64,000 nucleotides of DNA from positions 52,295 to 116,294 of the forward strand of contig JBAXRK010000006.1 of assembly GCA_037131245.1 (NCBI GenBank), in the 5' to 3' direction. The notes beneath the pieces were generated by a model. That model saw nothing but the letters and a program-made list of their open reading frames with translations. It had not been told where the DNA came from and made no database searches. This DNA is from Candidatus Omnitrophota bacterium (GTDB lineage: Bacteria; Omnitrophota; Gorgyraeia; Zapsychrales; Fredricksoniimonadaceae). Positions 1-6,480 of this stretch are shown one piece after another; the stretch's first letter is position 1; each line of letters starts with the position of its first letter. A program made the translations under genes and the position numbers.

Positions 1-786
1 CTGTTTACAGTCTTGTTCTTAGCGGTCCTCACCGGACCGGCCAGAGCCCAGCTCTTCGTGGAGGAGGGTAAGGTGGTTCTGTCCGTTTCCGGTGGGGATC
101 GTATCAGCAAGACGATCACGGTCGATAACAATTCCAAAGATGAAATGGATATCAGGGTTTACTGGGAGGATTTTCAATACCAGGCACCCTATGATGGTTC
201 GAAAAAGTTCCTTCCGGCCGGTACCGGTATGGGATCCGCCAGTGGGTGGATCCAGTATATGCCGCAAGAATTCAAGATCCCTCCTTCCGGAAAACAAAAG
301 ATCGACTATACTATTAATGTTCCGGCTCAAGTCGAGGGCGGGCATTACGGTGTGCTTTTCTTCGAGAAGTCTACAGGCGCGGCGACTGATGTTACAGGGG
401 TCAGGATCGTGACGCGCATTGGTTGCCTTTTTTTCATTGAGGCGAAGAACAAGGCCAAGAAGGCGCAGGTTGGAGACATCGCGGTGGCGGGTGGCGATCT
501 TACCGGGACATTAACGAACGCCGGTGATGTGGTGCTGATCCCGAGGATCACCTATTATGTGATGGATGAGTCGGGGATGGTCGCGGATCGCGGCGAGCTG
601 GGCAGGCTTTATATTCCGCCGGGTGAGTCGGCTCCGTGGAAGTTGCCGCTGCCCAAGGAACTGGCGGCGGGCCGTTATAGCTTGATGGTGAACGCTGATC
701 TTGAAGAGGGGGACATTGCGGTCAAGGATATTACCCTACAGAAGTCTTCTTCCGGAGAATTCACTGTTGAGAAAGTGCAGGATTAG
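1..786 (+). CDS. Secreted two-domain beta-sandwich protein, PapD-like periplasmic chaperone candidate (5' end cut by window edge)
   Basis: The frame is open from nt 1 (LFTVLFLAVLTGPARA|QLF is the tail of a signal peptide), with the stop at 784-786. The sequence is all-beta in character and falls into two ~110-aa halves (ITVDNNSKDEMDIRVYWEDF...GGHYGVLFFE / LTNAGDVVLIPRITYYVMD...GRYSLMVNADL), as in Ig-like pilus chaperones. The family assignment is not verified. Confidence 0.5.
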   Translation: MFTVLFLAVLTGPARAQLFVEEGKVVLSVSGGDRISKTITVDNNSKDEMDIRVYWEDFQYQAPYDGSKKFLPAGTGMGSASGWIQYMPQEFKIPPSGKQKIDYTINVPAQVEGGHYGVLFFEKSTGAATDVTGVRIVTRIGCLFFIEAKNKAKKAQVGDIAVAGGDLTGTLTNAGDVVLIPRITYYVMDESGMVADRGELGRLYIPPGESAPWKLPLPKELAAGRYSLMVNADLEEGDIAVKDITLQKSSSGEFTVEKVQD

Positions 787-799
787 GGCTGCCCGCGGT

Positions 800-3568
800 A
801 TGATCCTGCAACGCGTGCTTTTGTTAGTGGCATTCTTTCCCCTCGTTTTATCCTGCGGTGTGGCGCGTGCCGGGGACAATTCCCTTACTTACGATTATTA
901 TTTGAACGAAGGCATCGCGGCGTTTAAGGCTCATCGCGATCAGGTTGCGCTGGATTATTTTAACCGGGCCCATTTTCTTTCACCTGCCGCGGAAGAACCT
1001 CTCGAATATATCAACCTTCTAAAACGGGTTTATGACGGCCGCCTGGAAGATCTTTCCGGTCGCCCTGTTGAAAAGGACCGGGCCCGGGTCATCAGTGACG
1101 CGCTCGACCATTTCGGGGAGGCGGATGTTGCGCCGCAGCCCGGAACAATAAAGCCGGCTCCGGTTGCGGTTGCGGCCAAGCCGGTCAAGAGGCTTGACCG
1201 GGTTACGATCGACGATATTCTTGGCGCCAATCCTGCTAAACCATCCATTCGCCTTGATACCGGGTCCTCGGTTGTTATCGAGGGCAAGGATATCCTGCGT
1301 TTTCTGGTCGTTGATCCTGGATTCTTTACGGTCAAAGCGGAGGGGCGAGATCAGATCAGGGTAGAAGGCTTAAAATGGGGAAGTTCTTTTCTTCATGTAT
1401 GGGATCAGCGTGGCCGTACCACTCTTTATGTGGAGGTCTTTCTGCCGCATGCTTATGAAACACCTGAGGCTCCACAAACAGCCGCTATTGTTGAGCATGC
1501 GCCGCCGTTTCGGATGAGGTACACGCTCGATAACGGGTCTTTTTATTCCGGCCGGGATATGACCCATCTTCGCCGGGGAAGTTCGACCATTCAGGAATCG
1601 GTAGCGATCGACGGCGAAACGCCCTATGGCGCTCTGGACGCTTCTCTTTCGGCCACCGGTTTTGATCCTATTGTTGAAATCCCTACGTACACGCTTGGCC
1701 TCAGCCATATTCCGTTGAAGGGCACCGACGATCTCAACGCGCGGGTTTTTGACGGTTACCGTAGCCTGTCGCCGCTCACCTTGCCCGGCGCGCGTTTGCG
1801 CGGCGAGTTTGTCGACGTGAGGGCCTTTGAGAACATGGTCGGGGTATCGTTGTCTCATGGAGGGTACTTGCCATCGATCAGCTCGCTTTCGCCGGGGCTT
1901 ACCACCACCAGGGACTCTTTTATTGACGCGGTCTCGGTGTCGCTTTTCCCGGTGAGCACGCAGCATCGCTACACGTTGAATTATGCCACCGGCTACGGCA
2001 CCGAGCGCGAACCATATTTGACCCGTAAGGTTTATTCTTTACAGGGAGAGCAGAAGGCGGGGCCTTTTGACCTGAATGCCGAGTTGGCCCGTGATGACCG
2101 TACAACAGCGTCGTTGGCGGGCATCAAGTGGGCGAACGGGTTGGTGCATCAGGGGGTGAATTTTCGCAATATTAACAAGGAGTTCACGACCATTACCGCT
2201 TCGCCCTCGAATCAGGGCGAGATCGGGGCCACCTGGACGACGAACACCAGTACGGATAAATTTTCGGCGGGATCTTTTGTTGACGTGTATCAGGATCGTC
2301 TTTATCCCAATGCTGACGATCCGCAGGCGCTCAACTACGATACGAATGCTCATATCGCCATTCCGTTGGGGCAGTATAGCTGGGATACGTCCGGGCGTTA
2401 TGTCACGACGCCGGGTCAGGCATCCCCCAGGACGTATGCCGGCGTTGATACGCGGCTTTCCCGGGGCTTCCCGGTGTGGGGCGGACGCCGGGGAACGGGG
2501 TATATCGGCGCCAGCGATCAGCTTAGCCGTTTTGAATTCTCGCCGGCTTCTGAGTATGATCGCAATGGGGTGACGGCAGGCGTGCAGGTTCCGTTGACCC
2601 GGTCTATTTCGGGCTTTGCTAATTATGAATATTCCTGGCTTTATGAGAAGCTCACCTCCGACACCTTTCATCCGGCGGTCATGAATGCCGGACTGGCCTA
2701 TAATGCCAATCTGACGGAGAACCTGGTGACGAATCTCGGGTTGACCTATCGCAATGAACTTAATGTTAAGGGTGCCAATAGTTTTCTGGCCGGAGAAGAC
2801 AGCGTCGCCGCCTCGGCCGGACTGACTTATACACCGAAAAAAGATGTAACCTTGTTTTGTGACTCCCGGATGAGAAGCGTCTGGTCGCAGGTTCCCGATG
2901 GTCCTTCTTATAACGACCTGGACCTGCGTTTCGGCATGCGCATGGCTTGGGGGCTGGGCCTGGCTTTTGATCCCCAGGGTACCGTTGCCGGTTTCGTTTT
3001 TAAGGATCGGGACGGGAATAAAGAATTTACGCCTGATATCGGGGGAGTGGCCGGCGATGAAGGGTTGCCGGGGATTAAGGTCAGGATCGGCGATCAGGTT
3101 GCCGTCACGGATGCCCGTGGCTGGTTCTCAATGCCGGTTCGCGCGAGACGGGCTTTGGTTGCCCCGGTCATGGAAAGCCTGCCTCAGGGGTTTGTTTTTT
3201 CAACAGCGGCTTTTGCCAAGGTGGATATTACCCAGGGGCGTACAAAGCGTGTTGATTTCGGTTTGACCACGCAGTCAGGGATCTACGGGGTCGCTTTCGT
3301 GGATGTGAATGGCAATGGCCTGCCTGACCAGAATGACCATTTTATTGCCGGCGTTAAAGTTTTGATGGATGGTAAAGCGGCCCAAGCCACGGATTCCCGC
3401 GGGGCTTATTTTTTCAAGAACGTGATGGATGGGAAACATACGCTTACGATCGATATGAGCGCTTTACCGGCTGGTTATATCCCTCTGGTGAAAGTTAAAA
3501 GTGAGGTGGACGTGGCTGAGGGCACGACCTACATCTTCCATATTCCTCTGAAATACAATCCTAAATGA
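800..3568 (+). CDS. Large outer-membrane protein: signal peptide, TPR-like helix pair, pilus-formation N-terminal (CpaC/RcpA-N-like) domain, long beta-barrel-like region, two C-terminal CarboxypepD_reg/SdrD-B-like Ig domains
   Basis: ATG at 800 gives MILQRVLLLVAFFPLVLSCGVARA|GDN (signal peptide). SIRLDTGSSVVIEGKDILRFLVVDPGFFTVKAEGRDQIRVEGLKWGSSFLHVWDQRGRTTLYVEV matches the secretin-N/pilus_N pattern. A Y/F/G-rich region of alternating strands follows. The C-terminus has GIYGVAFVDVNGNGLPDQNDHFIAGVKVLMDG..TDSRGAYFFKNV..GKHTLTID (Cna-B/SdrD-B-like). The 701 start in the ORF track overlaps the upstream gene and lacks a signal peptide. Confidence 0.65.
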   Translation: MILQRVLLLVAFFPLVLSCGVARAGDNSLTYDYYLNEGIAAFKAHRDQVALDYFNRAHFLSPAAEEPLEYINLLKRVYDGRLEDLSGRPVEKDRARVISDALDHFGEADVAPQPGTIKPAPVAVAAKPVKRLDRVTIDDILGANPAKPSIRLDTGSSVVIEGKDILRFLVVDPGFFTVKAEGRDQIRVEGLKWGSSFLHVWDQRGRTTLYVEVFLPHAYETPEAPQTAAIVEHAPPFRMRYTLDNGSFYSGRDMTHLRRGSSTIQESVAIDGETPYGALDASLSATGFDPIVEIPTYTLGLSHIPLKGTDDLNARVFDGYRSLSPLTLPGARLRGEFVDVRAFENMVGVSLSHGGYLPSISSLSPGLTTTRDSFIDAVSVSLFPVSTQHRYTLNYATGYGTEREPYLTRKVYSLQGEQKAGPFDLNAELARDDRTTASLAGIKWANGLVHQGVNFRNINKEFTTITASPSNQGEIGATWTTNTSTDKFSAGSFVDVYQDRLYPNADDPQALNYDTNAHIAIPLGQYSWDTSGRYVTTPGQASPRTYAGVDTRLSRGFPVWGGRRGTGYIGASDQLSRFEFSPASEYDRNGVTAGVQVPLTRSISGFANYEYSWLYEKLTSDTFHPAVMNAGLAYNANLTENLVTNLGLTYRNELNVKGANSFLAGEDSVAASAGLTYTPKKDVTLFCDSRMRSVWSQVPDGPSYNDLDLRFGMRMAWGLGLAFDPQGTVAGFVFKDRDGNKEFTPDIGGVAGDEGLPGIKVRIGDQVAVTDARGWFSMPVRARRALVAPVMESLPQGFVFSTAAFAKVDITQGRTKRVDFGLTTQSGIYGVAFVDVNGNGLPDQNDHFIAGVKVLMDGKAAQATDSRGAYFFKNVMDGKHTLTIDMSALPAGYIPLVKVKSEVDVAEGTTYIFHIPLKYNPK

Positions 3569-3823
3569 TCAAAGTGCCACGATCGTCCTGACCGTGACGG
3601 TCTCCTGCCCGCGGACGATCTGCTGTTCCTGAACCATCTGTGTTGCTTTCGTGGTGGCAAAAGCCAAAGAAGGGGCGCTCGGCGCCTGCAGGGCGTCGCT
3701 GCTCATTTGGACCATGACCGGGATAGTGACGGATAAATTAAAAGAGGCGGATTCGGCGCTGGCAAAGTTTGCCTGAGCCGTGAAGGCCAGGGATAAGATC
3801 GTGGTTAAGATTACCTTTTTCAT
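3569..3823 (-). CDS. Small secreted protein (84 aa; about 61 aa mature), function unknown; possible fibre/pilin-like subunit
   Basis: ATG at 3823 is preceded by GGAGAA 5 nt upstream. MKKVILTTILSLAFTAQANFASA|ESASF is a clear signal peptide. The longer 126-aa ORF-track version has no RBS and would read through the leader structures. Confidence 0.6.
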   Translation of the reverse strand: MKKVILTTILSLAFTAQANFASAESASFNLSVTIPVMVQMSSDALQAPSAPSLAFATTKATQMVQEQQIVRGQETVTVRTIVAL

Positions 3824-3863
3824 ATCGTTCTCCTTTGTTAGGGGAAACGACCTGAAAAAGAAG

Positions 3864-3896
3864 GACACAAAAAGTCCCAAGGCTAACAGGCTTGGG
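3864..3896 (-). terminator. Intrinsic-terminator-like hairpin plus U-tract forming the expression platform of the upstream riboswitch candidate
   Basis: The minus strand reads CCCAAG-CCUGUUAGC-CUUGGG followed by ACUUUUUGUGUCCUUCUUUUUC. It lies directly 3' of the aptamer and 40 nt before the RBS of the 84-aa gene. The stem is only 6 bp. Confidence 0.4.
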
Positions 3897-3995
3897 GCTC
3901 CGGCAACCAGACAACCATACCCTCCAACACTAGGAGAGATTAGGCTCACGGCTTTGCGTCCTACCTTTTCAGATAGTTTGCCATTAAATTCAATT
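3897..3995 (-). promoter_or_regulatory. c-di-GMP-I (GEMM-I) riboswitch candidate
   Basis: The minus strand reads AAUGGCAAACUAUCUGAAAAGGUAGGACGCAAAGCCGUGAGCCUAAUCUCUCCUAGUGUUGGAGGGUAUGGUUGUCUGGUUGCCGGAGCC. It shares, in the same order as the V. cholerae Vc2 aptamer: GGCAAAC; a GAAA-capped hairpin (CUAUCU/AGGUAG); GGACGCAAAGCC (an 11-12-nt identity); the CCUAA bulge; a second hairpin (CUCUCC/GGAGGG); and GGUUnCCG. Confidence 0.6.
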
Positions 3996-4157
3996 CACAA
4001 AGAGCAATTACCAAACCCATTGACAAGTATAGCACGGGAGTGTAGGCTTTGCCATGTAAGGGAAAAAATAAGCATTGATTTTGTTTTAACGCAAGTTATT
4101 GTGTGGCAACATCTTACACTCATATTGTTTGGTTTTTGGCGATTATATTAGACAATC

Positions 4158-5522
4158 ATGATCTATGAGCGCTCTCTTTTTGTGTTTCGCCGTGATTTTC
4201 GGCTGGAGGATAACACCGCCCTGATCAAGGCGATGGGCGTATCTCGCTGCGTTATTGTGGCCTTTATTTTTGATCCGCGTCAATCTCTTCCTCCCCAATT
4301 GGGGCATCCTCACGGGTATTTCAGTGTGAAAGCGGCGTCTTTCCTGCGTCAATCGCTTGATGACTTGACCGGAGTCGTTGAGGCAAGGGGCGGGCGCCTT
4401 TTCCGTTTTTACGGGCCGTGCGATAAAGTTGTCACGGATCTTATTTCCCGTGAAAGGATTGACGCTGTCTTTGTGAACAAGGACCATACGCCTTTTAGTA
4501 TCCGGCGGGATTCAACGCTTCGTGTGGTCTGCCAGCAACACGGCGTAGCTTTTGACGAAAGCGAGGATGTTTTGCTTTGTCCTGCGGGAAGCGTCCTAAA
4601 GTCCGTCGCGGGGACGGGAGGCCCTTATACGGTCTTCACTTCATTTTATAAGAAGGCGTTGACGCTGGGAACCTTGCCGGTCCAGGGGAATTCTTTTGAT
4701 AATTTTTTCAAAGGGGATCTCGAGAGCAATTATTTTTTGAAGGCCGGTGAGTTACCGGACCTTCATGAGGTGTCTCTTCTAAAGGGCGGACGTGCTGCCG
4801 CGCTTGATATTCTTAGTGGTCTTGATCGATGCCGCGATTATGCCGCGCAGAGGGATATCCCCGCTTTGGGCGCGACCACGCATTTGTCGCCATATTTGAA
4901 GTTTGGCACTGTCTCTGTCAGGGAGGTACGGCAGGCCGTTGCCCAGACGCTGGGGCCGGAGCATCCGATCCTCCGGCAGCTCTATTGGCGGGACTTTTTC
5001 AGTCATATTGTTTATCATTTTCCGCATGTCTTCGGCAGTGCTTTTTATGACGAATATAATTCGATCCTTTGGCAGAATGATGAGTTGCTCTTTGCCGCGT
5101 GGTGTGAGGGGCGTACGGGCTTTCCTTTGGTCGACGCCGGGATGAGGGAGCTTAACGCCACTGGATTCATGCATAACAGGGTCAGGATGGTGGCCGCGTC
5201 ATTTTTGGTCAAGGACCTGCACATCGACTGGCGCTGGGGGGAGAAATACTTCGCCGGAAAGCTGGTAGATTACGATCCGTCGGTGAATAACGGGAATTGG
5301 CAGTGGGCGGCTTCCACCGGCTGCGACCATCAGCCGTATTTCCGAATTTTTAATCCTGTCCTGCAACAGAAGCGCTTTGACCCTTCTTTCATCTATGTCA
5401 GGCGATGGGTGCCGGAGTTTGGAACGAAAGAATATCCAACGCCCGTTATTGACCACACCGTCGCTGCGGCCTGGGCCAAAGAGGCCTTCCGCAACGCCTC
5501 CCGACGCAAAAAAAATGTGTAA
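4158..5522 (+). CDS. phrB: Deoxyribodipyrimidine photolyase / cryptochrome family (class I CPD-type)
   Basis: The N-terminus is RSLFVFRRDFRLEDNTAL. The FAD-binding C-terminal half has YWRDFF, TGFPLVDAGMRELNATGFMHNRVRMVAASFLVKDL, DYDPSVNNGNWQWAASTG and YFRIFNP, all hallmark photolyase motifs. Confidence 0.92.
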   Translation: MIYERSLFVFRRDFRLEDNTALIKAMGVSRCVIVAFIFDPRQSLPPQLGHPHGYFSVKAASFLRQSLDDLTGVVEARGGRLFRFYGPCDKVVTDLISRERIDAVFVNKDHTPFSIRRDSTLRVVCQQHGVAFDESEDVLLCPAGSVLKSVAGTGGPYTVFTSFYKKALTLGTLPVQGNSFDNFFKGDLESNYFLKAGELPDLHEVSLLKGGRAAALDILSGLDRCRDYAAQRDIPALGATTHLSPYLKFGTVSVREVRQAVAQTLGPEHPILRQLYWRDFFSHIVYHFPHVFGSAFYDEYNSILWQNDELLFAAWCEGRTGFPLVDAGMRELNATGFMHNRVRMVAASFLVKDLHIDWRWGEKYFAGKLVDYDPSVNNGNWQWAASTGCDHQPYFRIFNPVLQQKRFDPSFIYVRRWVPEFGTKEYPTPVIDHTVAAAWAKEAFRNASRRKKNV

Positions 5523-5528
5523 ACCGGC

Positions 5529-5556
5529 TTGACAGCTTTTTGTTTAGGAATACTAT
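5529..5556 (+). promoter_or_regulatory. Sigma70-type promoter of the nrd operon (TTGACA-16 nt-TACTAT)
   Basis: TTGACA lies at 5529-5534 and TACTAT at 5551-5556. The -10 element lies inside NrdR box 1. Confidence 0.55.
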
Positions 5557-5597
5557 ATGTAGTGTCTTACCGGTCAACAGCCACCAATAGGTAGTTT
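5550..5597 (+). promoter_or_regulatory. Tandem NrdR boxes (one strong, one degenerate)
   Basis: Box 1 (5550-5565, ATACTATATGTAGTGT) matches the published NrdR-box consensus acaCwAtATaTwGtgt at 14/16 positions. Box 2 (5582-5597, CACCAATAGGTAGTTT) matches at about 10/16. The 32-bp start-to-start spacing is typical of tandem NrdR boxes. The site lies upstream of nrdD/nrdG. Confidence 0.6.
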
Positions 5598-5653
5598 TTC
5601 GACTGGATTCTTCGATCAAGGGGTTTTGTTCATCTGTTACCGTGGGCGTTTTG

Positions 5654-6445
5654 ATGGCTGTTCCTCGCTTTAAGCATATTTATGGCCCCGTTCATTCCTG
5701 GCGGATGGGAATGTCTTTAGGGATCGACCCTCTTGCGACCGATATAAAGTATTGTAATTTCGGCTGCCCGTACTGCCAATTGGGCATCGCGAAAGAATAC
5801 GGGACCGAGCGCCGGGTTTTTCTTTCTCCTGCTGAGTTAACGGCGGAGATCAATGCTTTACCACCGGATTGCCGCATCGATTATCTGACGTTCTCCGGTA
5901 ACGGCGAGCCGACATTGGCGGCAAATCTGGGAGAGCTCATCAGGGCCGCGAAAGCAGCCCGGCCTAACAAGGTCGCCGTGATCACTAATGCCACGCTGGT
6001 GACCCGTCAGGATGTGCAGGCTGATCTGGCGTTGGCCGACCTGGTGCTCTTGAAGATCGACGCGGCGGATGAGGCTGCTTTTCAGAAGGTCAACCTTCCC
6101 GCTCCGGGGATCACCCTGGCCGGGATCGTGAGTGGTATTAAACAGTTCCGCAAGGTGTATAAAGGCAAGCTGGCCCTTCAGATGATGTTCGTTGGGCACA
6201 ATAAGGCCCAGGCGCAAGGAATGGCGGATATCGCCCGGGATATAGCGCCGGATGAGGTGCAGCTTAATACGCCGCTTCGGCCGAGCCCGGTGAAAGCGCT
6301 CAGCGAAGCGGAAATGGTTGAAGTAAAAAAACCTTTTATCGCGGCCGGCTTGAAGGTTGTTTCGGTTTATGAGGAAGAAAAGAAAGAATACACACCATTT
6401 GACGCCGAGGCCACGGTCAAGCGTCATGGCCGTTACAAAAAATGA
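5654..6445 (+). CDS. Radical SAM protein (COG0731/Tyw1-like small radical-SAM family), first gene of the nrd operon
   Basis: The CxxxCxxC cluster is CNFGCPYCQ. The N-terminal YGPVHSWRMGMSLGIDP motif is typical of this small radical-SAM family. ATG 5654 is preferred over GTG 5642. Confidence 0.75.
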   Translation: MAVPRFKHIYGPVHSWRMGMSLGIDPLATDIKYCNFGCPYCQLGIAKEYGTERRVFLSPAELTAEINALPPDCRIDYLTFSGNGEPTLAANLGELIRAAKAARPNKVAVITNATLVTRQDVQADLALADLVLLKIDAADEAAFQKVNLPAPGITLAGIVSGIKQFRKVYKGKLALQMMFVGHNKAQAQGMADIARDIAPDEVQLNTPLRPSPVKALSEAEMVEVKKPFIAAGLKVVSVYEEEKKEYTPFDAEATVKRHGRYKK

Positions 6446-6480
6446 TTTGTTTTAATCCTTAAACGCACAGGGGGTGAGCA

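Noticed and set aside
701-799. An N-terminal extension of the outer-membrane protein ORF (start at 701).
   Set aside because: It would overlap the upstream gene by 86 nt and add a basic, non-signal leader. ATG 800 yields a clean signal peptide directly.
4081-4157. A possible promoter or LexA-like half-sites (TTGTGTGG ... TTACACT) upstream of the photolyase gene.
   Set aside because: The half-sites are in the wrong relative orientation and spacing compared with the lexA palindrome, and they carry mismatches. No -35/-10 pair with acceptable spacing was found.
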